From Corallochytrium limacisporum Hawaii (Eukaryota; Protista; Pluriformea): DNA of 64,000 bases. The number at the start of each line of letters is the position of its first letter. Position 1 is the first letter of the stretch. The translations under genes and the position numbers were made by a program. The stretch lies in NCBI GenBank assembly GCA_002811645.1, contig PDIP01000051.1, positions 83,579 to 147,578 of the forward strand, written 5' to 3'. The notes beneath the pieces were generated by a model that was not told where the DNA came from, ran no database searches, and was given only the letters and a program-made list of their open reading frames with translations. Shown one piece after another: positions 23,018-33,612 of this stretch.

Positions 23018-25423
23018 ATGGTGAACGTTATGGTAGCAGGCTCCGGCGGTCGGGAGCACGTTCTGGCCTGGTGCCTCGCCAAGAGTCCCAAGGTCGACCG
23101 CGTCTTTGTGGCTCCGGGTAATGGTGGTACAACCAACGACAGCAAGATTGCTTCTCTTCCTGTCAAAGACAGTGACCAAGCCGGTATCCTCAAAGCCTGT
23201 CAAGAACACTCCATCGGTCTAGTCGTGGTCGGCCCAGAGCAGCCCCTCTGCGACGGCCTAGTCGACTTTCTGGGTCGCCACGGCATCCCTGCTTTCGGGC
23301 CCAGCGCGACTGCTGCACAGTTGGAGGGATCTAAGGCCTTTTCCAAGGATTTCATGGCTCGTCACGGCATTCCCACTGCCGCATACAAAGTCTTTGGTAG
23401 CGCCGACGTAGAGGCAGCGGTGGTCTTTGCTCGTGATCTGGGTGCTCATGGCGTGGTGAAGGCCAGTGGCTTGGCTGCGGGCAAGGGTGTGGTGTTGCCC
23501 ACATCTGCGGACGAGGCTGAGGCAGCCGTACGGTCCGTCCTTGTGGATAAGACCTTCGGTGGTGCGGCTGGAGAAAGAGTCGTGGTGGAAGAGCTGCTTA
23601 CGGGGCCGGAAGTGTCAATCTTCGCCTTCTCTGACGGGTACACGGTCAAGACTTTGCCTGGTAGCCAGGACCACAAGCGAATCTTTGAAGGAGATCAAGG
23701 GCCAAACACGGGAGGTATGGGCGCCTACTGCCCGACACCATTTATTGGACCATCGGAACTGCGGGAGATCCACACTAAGATTCTGCAGCCAACCATCGAT
23801 GGCATGCGCAAGGAAGGACATCCGTTCAAGGGGCTGCTGTACGCCGGACTGATGATGACACCATCAGGGCCGAAGGTATTGGAATACAACGTGCGCTTCG
23901 GCGACCCCGAAACGCAAGGTGTGTTACGTCTGTTGACTAGTGATCTGTATGAGATCATGATGGCCTGCTGTGGTGGATACCTGGACGCTGTGCCCGTCAA
24001 GTACACGGAAAACGCATCTGTGGCGACCGTGGTGCTGGTCAGCGGCGGATATCCAGGATCGTACCCTAAGGATAAGGCCATTACCATTAACGAAAGTAAG
24101 ATTCCCAACGGTTGCCAGATCTTCCACGCCGGTACTAAGCTCGAAGATGACAAGCTAGTTACCAGCGGCGGTCGCGTCCTGGCCGTGACTGCGGTAAGTC
24201 AAGAAGGTATGAAGAAGGCTTTGGATATTGCTTATGAAGGTGTCAAAGCAGTGGAATTTGAGGGCATGTTCTACCGCAAAGACATTGGCCACCAGGCTCT
24301 CAAGGTCCTTGGGGAGCAGAACGCAACCGCGGGTTCCGGTATGACCTACGCAGCTGCGGGAGTGAACATTGACGAAGGTGCGCGCATGGTTGAATTGATC
24401 AAACCCCACGCCGCAGCGACAAATCGTCCAGGTACTGAAGGCGAATTGGGTGGCTTTGGTGGACTTTTCGACCTCCGCGCCGCGGGCTACACTGACCCCG
24501 TACTGGTGTCCGGTACCGACGGTGTGGGTACCAAACTGCTCATTGCGCAGTCCATCGGTGTCCATGACACAATTGGCGTGGATCTGGTTGCCATGTCCGT
24601 TAATGACATTCTAACTCAGGGCGCTGAACCGCTCTATTTCCTGGATTACTATGCCTGCGGGCGTCTGAGCGCAGACATTGGTGCGGCAGTGGTCAAGGGC
24701 ATTGCCGCAGCATGTGCTGAGTCTGGGTGTGCTCTGCTGGGCGGTGAGACTGCGGAAATGCCAGGCATGTACTCTGGTGGTGCCAGTCACTACGACCTCG
24801 CTGGATTTGCAGTGGGAGCTGTCGAACGCACTGCTGTGCTGCCGCGATCGGAGGTTATCGCTGACGGCGACGTGTTGCTTGGAGTGCCGTCTTCAGGTAT
24901 TCATTCTAACGGCTTTTCTCTGGTGAGGCGCGTTGTGGAGGCGGCTGGACTTAGCTACGCCTCGACTGCACCGTGGGAAACGAGTGTGAGTATCGGGCAG
25001 TCCCTGCTTACACCTACTGCGCTTTACGTGAAGCCGCTGCTGCCCGTCATTCGCAAGCACGCAAGTGCTCAGGGCGGTCCTCTGCGAGGCCTTGTCCACA
25101 TCACCGGCGGTGGGTTCCCCGAAAACCTACCTCGTGTTCTGCCCAAGGGCTCCGATCTGTGCTTCAACGTCGCCCTGGACAGTTGGCCGCTTTTGCCTGT
25201 CTTTGCCTGGCTGCAGAAGGCTGGCAACATTACCAGTGCGGAGATGGCGAAGACGTTCAACTGTGGCATTGGCATGGTCCTGATTGTGTCTCAAAACAGT
25301 GCCGCCACCGTGCAAAAGGAAGTAGAGACCAATTGCGGTGCCTGCTATGTTATCGGATCTGTGGGCAAGAAGACTGCAGTGGACGGCGATGCAGTCGTGT
25401 TGAATGGTGACTTTAAGGCGTAA
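23018..25423 (+). CDS. ADE5,7: Bifunctional GAR synthetase/AIR synthetase (PurD-PurM fusion)
   Basis: PurD motifs GSGGREH, KASGLAAGKGV, QDHKR and GPNTGGMG, followed by PurM motifs TYAAAGVNID, GTDGVGTK, GGETAEMP, HSNGFSLVR and TFNCGIG. No PurN domain. Confidence 0.97.
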   Translation: MVNVMVAGSGGREHVLAWCLAKSPKVDRVFVAPGNGGTTNDSKIASLPVKDSDQAGILKACQEHSIGLVVVGPEQPLCDGLVDFLGRHGIPAFGPSATAAQLEGSKAFSKDFMARHGIPTAAYKVFGSADVEAAVVFARDLGAHGVVKASGLAAGKGVVLPTSADEAEAAVRSVLVDKTFGGAAGERVVVEELLTGPEVSIFAFSDGYTVKTLPGSQDHKRIFEGDQGPNTGGMGAYCPTPFIGPSELREIHTKILQPTIDGMRKEGHPFKGLLYAGLMMTPSGPKVLEYNVRFGDPETQGVLRLLTSDLYEIMMACCGGYLDAVPVKYTENASVATVVLVSGGYPGSYPKDKAITINESKIPNGCQIFHAGTKLEDDKLVTSGGRVLAVTAVSQEGMKKALDIAYEGVKAVEFEGMFYRKDIGHQALKVLGEQNATAGSGMTYAAAGVNIDEGARMVELIKPHAAATNRPGTEGELGGFGGLFDLRAAGYTDPVLVSGTDGVGTKLLIAQSIGVHDTIGVDLVAMSVNDILTQGAEPLYFLDYYACGRLSADIGAAVVKGIAAACAESGCALLGGETAEMPGMYSGGASHYDLAGFAVGAVERTAVLPRSEVIADGDVLLGVPSSGIHSNGFSLVRRVVEAAGLSYASTAPWETSVSIGQSLLTPTALYVKPLLPVIRKHASAQGGPLRGLVHITGGGFPENLPRVLPKGSDLCFNVALDSWPLLPVFAWLQKAGNITSAEMAKTFNCGIGMVLIVSQNSAATVQKEVETNCGACYVIGSVGKKTAVDGDAVVLNGDFKA

Positions 25424-25685
25424 GCACCACAAACTGATAGAATTTTAAATTATCATTATCCCTCACAGCTCAGTTTACTTGGTTAATATAGATAGCGTAT
25501 AATACAAGGAGACTTGTTAAATTGTGTCCACGCTGTGTATGAATTCATCATCAGTGTGCGTATATTGTGCGTTCTTGCTAAATAGGTCCATTATTCCGAG
25601 CAGGTACAAGTGGACACCTAACTTGTAACAGATTCCAGTTCTTCATTTCTTTATCAATTCTTTCTCGGAGTGCTTGCAAACTCAA

Positions 25686-26312
25686 TCAGGGATACCCTCC
25701 AGGTGCACTGGCCACTGCTCTTTCAAAGTCAAGAGCGTAATATGCATTGTCTCGTGGATCTCTGAGGTGCGGATAGAATGTGTACAGTGCCATCTCAATG
25801 GCCGGCATAAAGATACACAGCACAACGGCAGCCACGATCAGCGGTTTGCCGATCCAATTGATCACGTACAGTGGCAGCAGCAACAGTTGCCCCACCAGCT
25901 TCAAACCTGAAAATATGCTCATTATAGTGCGGTAAACTACGTATACGACCAGAGCATAAGTCAAATAGAAGCACAGAACGCTGAGTGATCTGTGCAACTC
26001 CACGGATACGCCTTGGTCATGCCAAGCAGAGCCGGTTTGCTGTATCTCTGTCCAAAGCACGGTTTGCACGGCACGAGCCACCAAGGCCGCACTCATATGA
26101 ACATAATGGCCCGTGGCTAAGATGTGTACCAGGATATCAACCAGCAAGGATGACGGGGGATGGTGATGGCCTTCAAATTGGTCGTCGCGATAGTGATGGT
26201 CATCGGAGTCGTGATCAAAGGATCCTGTGGTGGTCATAAAGGCAAAAAAGCTTCCGTGGCTATCACCACTATATACACGTTCTTCTGTATGGAACGTTTG
26301 GAACCACGACAT
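25686..26312 (-). CDS. Hypothetical membrane protein
   Basis: 208-aa ATG ORF with several hydrophobic segments; fits the local gene spacing. Family not recognised. Confidence 0.6.
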   Translation of the reverse strand: MSWFQTFHTEERVYSGDSHGSFFAFMTTTGSFDHDSDDHHYRDDQFEGHHHPPSSLLVDILVHILATGHYVHMSAALVARAVQTVLWTEIQQTGSAWHDQGVSVELHRSLSVLCFYLTYALVVYVVYRTIMSIFSGLKLVGQLLLLPLYVINWIGKPLIVAAVVLCIFMPAIEMALYTFYPHLRDPRDNAYYALDFERAVASAPGGYP

Positions 26313-27067
26313 AGTTCCCTAAAGTCTCAATCTTTTCACGGCCTCTACCCGATTTTATCTGTTCAGCGTAGTTCCATATTGAAGTGTGGATACCGGCTCA
26401 GGATTTGTTTCTCTTCCTTCTAACTTACTTGCCTTGTACGGTCTTTTATTTGTAGAACCACCCCTTTCATAGGCAAGGAAATACGTACCGGGTACCCTTG
26501 AACTACCCAAGCGTGCACCACTCCACCGCTGCGTAAGAATCTCCTGCCCGCTGGGCACCCGATGGCAGGGTCCGCAGGGTCGAGTCGATCTCCCGGGGCG
26601 CGAAAGGGGTCCGAAATCTTTGAGGCTTCGCTGATAGGGGCCTAATTTTCCCTGCCACTTGTTTTGCAAGGGCCTTGCCAACCAAGCCGTTGTCTCGGGG
26701 GAGGAAAGGCTGGGCAGGCTTGCACTGCCGTAGAGGCGAGGGGGCTAAAATTAGACCGATCCGGAGAGGGCAGGCTTGTAAATTGTGCGCAGGGTATGGA
26801 CCAAAGCAGCTTGTCTCCTGTGACAAATTCCAATTTCCGGAATTTTCTGCTCAAGTTTATGCCTTGTTCATGAGATCATTTCGATGGTAATGGTACTTCA
26901 AAATATTGCGTCGCACTAACATAAAGAGCAAGCATTGTCGTTGAAGAAACCAGTACATATCGGTAAGGATATGTGAATGAAAACTGTGGAAGCAGGATAA
27001 ATAACAAGATGATCCATGCCATTTACTTAATATTTTATGAAGCATTCTAAGGACAAAGGGGAATATT

Positions 27068-28159
27068 ATGATGACTAGTATTTCACAAACTACGTCAGCG
27101 ACCCTCGGGTCTCAACCCATGAACGTACATGCCGTGTACGAACAGGCTTTGCGTTTCACCGTTGAAGGTCAGCTTGCAGAGGCCTCCGCGCTCGTTGATC
27201 AGGGACTTAAGTTGATGGCAGAGACAAGTCATGTCTATCCTGCAGATGCGTACATGGAGGAGCGGGCCTACCTCCAGCGGCACCTCTGCGCCCCGCACTG
27301 TCCGTGTGTGGGTCTGAGCATGCTCTACGTCCAGCTCCACGGATCGGACACAGTGCTGGACAGCAAAGAAAAGGAAGCCATGATCGAAGGGACAAAGAGA
27401 AATACAATAAGTGGCGGCGCCCAAAAAGGTGTGGAAGGACCCACTCAGGGCATGGACATCATGCATCACCTGCGTGACCTGTATCACTCTGCCATGAAGG
27501 GAGTTATTATGCCTCCGGAAGTCATGCTGGCGGTTGCATACCTGTTGTTGCAAGAGGGCGATGCGCAGCATGCCAAGGTCGTAGTGGATGACTATGTAGG
27601 AGCCCTGCACCAACGCATTACGGGCGGTGATAAGCAGCAGCAGACTAAAGACAGTGACACACACGGGAAGGACGCTGGTCCTCTGTCCAAGGAAAGCTTT
27701 GTAGGCCACCCTAGACTCTCTCCCCTATACGAACTCTACCTTTTGCACATTCTTCCCGCGCTCAAGGACTTTGACGGAGCGATTGGACTTGCAAAAGACA
27801 ACGGAGCTGTCGGCAGTACGCGGGGCGGGGCGTACACAGCTCTTTTGAGCGAAATGCAAGCCACAGACAACCGCCGGCAGGCGGAGGCCATGAAAGCTGC
27901 GGCAAAGAAAAAGAACGGAGAGAAAGGATCGCATCGTCACAGGCGGCACCGACGGAGGAAGGGCAAGGGCGCCAACCACAATGGTGATGGGCCCGACGCT
28001 CCTGGTACTGAGGACGCGGGCGAGGGTAACAGCAGCAGCGCGGCCAAAGTTAACACTGGGGACGATGATGAAGAACATGCAGAGCGCGGCTCTCATGATG
28101 ATGACGATTATGACGATGAAGATATGGAATACGACGATGACGACGAAGATTATGATGAT

Positions 28160-28197
<38 letters not shown>

Positions 28198-28708
28198 AGG
28201 GGATGATGAATTAGAAGATGAGGATGAAGATGATCATGGAGAGACTACCGGGCAGGCATCGCCATCATCATCGATAGACCCCAAGAGAGCGAAATCCAAG
28301 AGCCACGAGAAGGATGGTCATCACCACCACGAGAAGAAAAAAGGAAAGAAGAAGAGCAAGAGATCCAAAGCGGACAGGAGCAAAGGCAAGGGTAAGAGCG
28401 GGGGCTTATCTAGCCCTGCTACACTGGCGGCGGCGGCGAAGCAGAGCGTGGCAGATATGGTACCTAATTTACACTTAGAAGATGCCAGCCAGTCTGTTCA
28501 AGCCTCTCGGCAATGGCTAGCCCGCCTCATACAGGACTCCCCGTTTCTGCGCAAACTCTCGGAGTTGCGCAAAGAGTCCATCGTCGGAGCGTTGCTCTTC
28601 TTTTTTGCTCTCGCCGTTGCCTGGCGGAGGTACCGTCTGCGCCGGCGGCTGGGTGAGCTCGGGACAGCACTTGGTCTGGATGCGCTATGGAATGGCAGTT
28701 TAGTCTAA
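27068..28708 (+). CDS. PEX26/APEM9-like tail-anchored peroxin with a long acidic insert
   Basis: Helical N-terminus, PPEV and LYELYLLHILP motifs resembling Pex26, and a C-terminal TM followed by a basic stretch (WRRYRLRRR). Confidence 0.6.
28096..28237 (+). repeat. (GAY)n coding repeat, poly-Asp/Glu
   Basis: gatgacgatgacgatgac... runs. Confidence 0.85.
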
Positions 28709-28942
28709 GCAAGGCGTGGACCTGGAGATCATTTACAAATATATCTATGAATCAAGGACATGGTTAAATGTATCCACTTTGCATTTTTGACTTTGTTTCA
28801 GTACTTGAAGCGGCACCAGCAATCACTGAAACCGGAGATGGTGGGAGGGGTCTGGCGTCCTAAGGGAAGGGAGCGCACGGCAAGCTAAGTACTGGGACGT
28901 TGATTCCCCTATAGATCTATTGCACAGAGTTTGAAATGAGTA

Positions 28943-30475
28943 CTAATCGGACTCGTTGCCAACATCCTCGGTTCCCCGAGCTTGATCAATGATGACCTCT
29001 ACGTGGTTCTGTGGAATCCATCCTTTCTGATCGCCAACACGGCCGTACAGCCAGCCTTCCTCGGGCTCTTCTTCCTCCTCGCTGAGAAGACTTATCCGAT
29101 CCATGGCATCAAGATTCAATTCGTCTTCGGCTTCGGCCTTGTAAGCAAAAATGGCCATGGCAATCCGGTGCTTGGCATCGGAATTAGTATTGGTCATCTT
29201 CGCTGTGTCCTTTACGCTGACGACGGATCGTGCCTTTAGCTTCTCCGCAGAGCTCGTGTAGGTACCGGCTTCATTGACGCTATCCATCGATCCCATGCTG
29301 TGAACGGCGGCAATTGGTCTGTTGAGCGAGTCCTCGCAATTGATGATGGGTCCTTCACTGGGTGTGATGGCAGAGACAGTTACCACGGCTTCCTTCGGGG
29401 CTTCTTTCGTGGCTTCCTTCGTGGTCTCGTTCGAGTTCTTTTCCTCCGTGATATTCAACGTGGTGCCTGCGATACTGTTCTCTGCTTCATCCTGGTTTTC
29501 AAGATTTGTCTCCCCTGTTGGATCTTCTACCTTCACTGTAGCCTCGTCTGTATCTTCTGTGTCCGATTCGCTGATTTCCGAAATGGCGCGTATGGCCTTC
29601 GGCGGCGCTGGCTTCTGTGGCGGAGTCGGGCGTGGCGATTTTGTCGTGTCATCCACTACCAACGAATCCAAGTGGTGCTTCTCATTGACCTGTTCAGCCT
29701 CCTTACTCAGCATTTCTTGCACAGTCTTGCCCTCACGCAGGATCTCAACTCGGTCCTTCAATTTACGATGGCATGGTTCGCTCTTCGCGTTGTACATCAT
29801 TTCAACGTCCGCAATCGCTGTTAGTAGACCGTAAATGAAGCTCTTTAACTGTTCTCTTAACTTTGGTACCTCTGCAATGATATCCTGTTCCAAAGCATTG
29901 TATCTTTCTGTTGCAGCCTTCATTTCGGTTTGCAGTTTCTGCTTCCGTTCTGCCTTCATCGCAGGTGCCTGCTCAAATACTTTCTTCTGCTTCTCGTACT
30001 CGTAGAGTCTCTTCTGGAAATTCTCAATCTTGGTCTCCAGTGTTGGAAATAGCTGGACAAACTGGTCAATCCTGGCCAGGCAGTCTGTAATGAAATTCCG
30101 TTTATACGTCGCCATCACTGAGATGTGCTCTTTCAAGTCGTTCGACAAAGTCTGCATTTCCGGCAGACGTGGTCCCGCCAGTTTCTGTAGTGACTCAACG
30201 ATATGATCATAGGCCGTCAGTGAGACTTCCAGCGAATTTGTGTACTTGCGAGCGTTCTTTGACAGCTGACTTGCTGCTTTATGCATAGACTGGATTTCTG
30301 CTGCGCCTTCGTTGACTTCGGGAGGCAAATCATATGATTTTCCTGTGAATTTCGGTAAAAATGTACTTAATCTCTTGCCCAGTGACTTCGACTTGCCATT
30401 TCCAGAGTGCGAATGGCTGGAAGTACTTGTAGCCGTGTCAGTGGCTGAGTGCTGATCGGCTGATTCGTTTGCCAT
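28943..30475 (-). CDS. BAR + SH3 protein (amphiphysin/BIN-like)
   Basis: Helical BAR-like N-terminal half, PxxP linker, and C-terminal SH3 (AIFAYKAEAEDELNL..EGWLYG..GWIPQNHV). Confidence 0.85.
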   Translation of the reverse strand: MANESADQHSATDTATSTSSHSHSGNGKSKSLGKRLSTFLPKFTGKSYDLPPEVNEGAAEIQSMHKAASQLSKNARKYTNSLEVSLTAYDHIVESLQKLAGPRLPEMQTLSNDLKEHISVMATYKRNFITDCLARIDQFVQLFPTLETKIENFQKRLYEYEKQKKVFEQAPAMKAERKQKLQTEMKAATERYNALEQDIIAEVPKLREQLKSFIYGLLTAIADVEMMYNAKSEPCHRKLKDRVEILREGKTVQEMLSKEAEQVNEKHHLDSLVVDDTTKSPRPTPPQKPAPPKAIRAISEISESDTEDTDEATVKVEDPTGETNLENQDEAENSIAGTTLNITEEKNSNETTKEATKEAPKEAVVTVSAITPSEGPIINCEDSLNRPIAAVHSMGSMDSVNEAGTYTSSAEKLKARSVVSVKDTAKMTNTNSDAKHRIAMAIFAYKAEAEDELNLDAMDRISLLSEEEEEPEEGWLYGRVGDQKGWIPQNHVEVIIDQARGTEDVGNESD

Positions 30476-32103
30476 GTTGCTTTCCGTCTCCGAGACAGAT
30501 TGAACCCGCTACGTCATTTCTGTAAACACTAGTCAATCATTGAAATGTCGAAACGAAGAGGTATATGATCAAATTTAGGCTCGCTAAGTGTGTATAGCAG
30601 TATGGTCATAAACCCCAGATTGTTATACCATTCAGCCGCCACAGCCAAAACCTATGACCTAAATGTACAGTGGGGGTGATATCAGGGAGAGGTGAGAGGG
30701 ACCAAAACAATGCTTCGATGGTGATTGACCGGGGCAGAGATGAATATTGGATGAAGGGGAGAGAGAGAAAAGAGTGACGTGAAAGAGACAGGCCAAAAGA
30801 AAAAAATTGCGACCAAATATCTGTCTGAGCGGCCCAGGAACGAGATCACTCAGGTTAATATGCTCCACCACCTGGAGACGCCCTCAACAGGAAGAAGACA
30901 GCAAATGGGTCCGGACAGGGATACTCTCCACCTCACTCCACCTCACTAAAATAGACCCCCTTCTGAGACGGATGGTGAAGAATATCAGAAAAGAACGGGA
31001 TACCCAGGCGCCCCGAAATTTGAAATATTTGAATGGTTGAATTCGACACCTTCCTGAGTCGGTGGCCGGGGAGAGGGAATCCTGCGATGCGAGAGGTGGG
31101 AGAGTTTCTTGGCAAGCCCAAACCCACGGCCCCGGGGGCTTACTTCTATTTTCCTCAATATTTTGCGGGTCCTGAATTTATGCTGTGCTTATGTTGTTAC
31201 TATCCTGACTCTCCCGGTGTCGCAGTTGGTGGACAACAAACTATCGCACTCCGCCAAAAGCGGAAACCCAAACCAAAAGTGCGCTGTGAGAAAGGCGTGA
31301 ACGGAAAATTGTCCCTCCCCTCCCCCCGGCCCCCCCCCTCCCCCGGCCCGGGGAGAAGGGGGTCCGGGGCGGGGTTGTTGGCGGTTCCCATAAGCGCACA
31401 GTTAGTTCTCCAGCTTCTTTGGTACTTCCTTCTGCGTTTCCCCTTTTTGTTGGGTTTAGGACTGCCGCGCCCTTCCCGGCCCCCAACCGTCCCCCTCAGC
31501 GCATACCTGCGCGAACCCACCGTGGTGCGAATGGTTGGAGGGTTTCGGGTGCTCTCGTCGGGTGGGAAGGGCTGGAGTCCCCGGCTCACCCTAGAGGCGG
31601 ACTCGCTGGAGAGGGGAAGGGGAAGGAGACCTCCCCTCACCAAAAAGGGGGGGGGGGGGGTTGGAGAAAATTACGCTATTGTGGTAACGTAAGCAAACGG
31701 TCACAGACAAAACACAGGACGAGGGGCCCCTGTCGTCTGATGCGAGATCACTGAGTGAAAGTGAATGAAGAAACTGCGTCATGCAGGCTTCACAAAAGCA
31801 ACGTGAAGACGATTTCAGTGTCGCTGATGGTATATCGGCCAGAACGGATCCTACAAAGTGGAAAAGTACTCGCTAGCAACATCACAGCGAAAGTGAGGCG
31901 ACAGTGGAATGACGGAGGAGAAACATGTGCAGCGCAAGGAAGATGATAAGAGGATATACTATGTTTCTCTGCGGTTAGTCCTACAGCTGGAACAGCGGAC
32001 GTACACGATGATTGAAAAGCAATATTTGCGCAAGTGAACGACGGATATCTGACAAGGCTTGCTTTACAATTCATAGCTCCAAACCATATGAAGGTCCGTC
32101 ATC

Positions 32104-32652
32104 ATGGCGGTAAAGAGGAAGCGTCAAGATGACCAACATGGAGAAAGCGATGGAGCTGAGGTTCCGACTAGAAATTCTCTTCCTGAAGGAGCTGGTCCAG
32201 GCAGCTGTAGCCACGGAGTTGACGTTTCTGATCCCAATGGCTCAAAGACCGCCCTGATGTTCAGCGTCAAGGAAGCTGCCCGTCGCGTTCGTGGGGAAGA
32301 TGCTGCGGAAGTTCTTTCGACCACGAACGCCACAGTTGACTCTGAGCATGACCTTGTTGTGGCAGAAGAAATGCTGACAATGCCTGATGGTCGCCATGAG
32401 CTTGTGCTCTCGCTGACCTCACCAAAAATCGCTATGACAGACGCAACACCGCAAATTCCCAGTGGAGGAGATCGGCGCTCTCACTCGAGTACAGACTACG
32501 CTAGGAGCTTCTCTCGCGAAGAACGACGAAACTCTGGGACGAACAAGGGCATAGAGAACCATACGGATTTGTCAGACACAGATCCTTTGTCTACTCGTGC
32601 AATTGATGGACAATCGCAAGAAGCGACCGACTCTGAGGAAGCAAAAGACTGA
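32104..32652 (+). CDS. Hypothetical low-complexity protein with a basic NLS-like N-terminus
   Basis: 182-aa ATG ORF starting MAVKRKR in a good Kozak context; no recognisable domain. Confidence 0.5.
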   Translation: MAVKRKRQDDQHGESDGAEVPTRNSLPEGAGPGSCSHGVDVSDPNGSKTALMFSVKEAARRVRGEDAAEVLSTTNATVDSEHDLVVAEEMLTMPDGRHELVLSLTSPKIAMTDATPQIPSGGDRRSHSSTDYARSFSREERRNSGTNKGIENHTDLSDTDPLSTRAIDGQSQEATDSEEAKD

Positions 32653-32972
32653 ATCATTGAAGCACCCACATCAACACTATGAAGAAAGCTTATGTACCCA
32701 TAGACTCACCATACACGCACTAGTTGAAGAGTAGATTACTAGTACACAGAGAATAGCGGCTGCTTGAGGTCTTTCGTGAAAGATGCCTTGGATGGAATCA
32801 ACCCGTGAAAAGGTGGGGTCCCCCTTAAGCGTGGAAGACCGGGTCAATATCTTGGGGAGGGGGCCGACTGCCACAAAGGCAAGGGCAAGGCTGTGGACCA
32901 TGTGCCAAAGTACAAGAAGGAAAGAATCCGAAGATTATACCCACTGTTACCTAGGTGGAATCATTGACAGCA

Positions 32973-33446
32973 ATGACGGGAAAATCCCCTCTCAGGCAGA
33001 GGTTACAAGAGCTACGAAGAAAACGTGCACGGATACGCGCCAGTAACGCGTCTGAATCGAAGAGGAAAGTTGAAGACGTCCTACTCTCCAAAGAGCAGGC
33101 TGCTCAAGTAAGAAAACAACTGAGGGATGAACACCGACGCAATGGTGCAGACTCTATAGTAAATCTATCCTATACGATAGAGGAAGACCAAAAATGGCAT
33201 AGACGGGGCAATAACGATACGAGGATCCTCTACGTAGCCAGCAAGGCCAATACTGACCGAAACTATGCTGAGAAAAGCATAGCCGTAAGCGGTCGTGTCC
33301 TTTACTTGAATGATCTGTCCGACGAATGTCTGCAAGAAACCTTGCACACTGGAGCAAAAGCAGAGCCCGCAGGTAAACGGAAACTGGCTGAAGCAGTGCA
33401 GCGAGGGGATCTCAAGAGAGTTGACAAGAAACGCGGTGTGAGTTGA
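32973..33446 (+). CDS. Divergent, C-terminally truncated SYF2-like splicing factor (possible pseudogene)
   Basis: RLQELRRKR, YTIEEDQKW and KLAEAVQ..LKR follow the order of SYF2 motifs; the terminal YINxRNxxFNxK motif is missing from the ORF. Confidence 0.5.
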   Translation: MTGKSPLRQRLQELRRKRARIRASNASESKRKVEDVLLSKEQAAQVRKQLRDEHRRNGADSIVNLSYTIEEDQKWHRRGNNDTRILYVASKANTDRNYAEKSIAVSGRVLYLNDLSDECLQETLHTGAKAEPAGKRKLAEAVQRGDLKRVDKKRGVS

Positions 33447-33612
33447 AGGCATCCGCGGACTAGATCAGGAATATTATGCAAAATTTAAGTGAAAACTCCG
33501 AGAGTACACAAGGAGAAGTGTCCGTCTGTGTGAGATCATTTCCCTTTCGTAAGTTTTCAACAATAAAGAAAACTAGCTAGTTTTATACTAGAACCATGGA
33601 CGATCATACATA

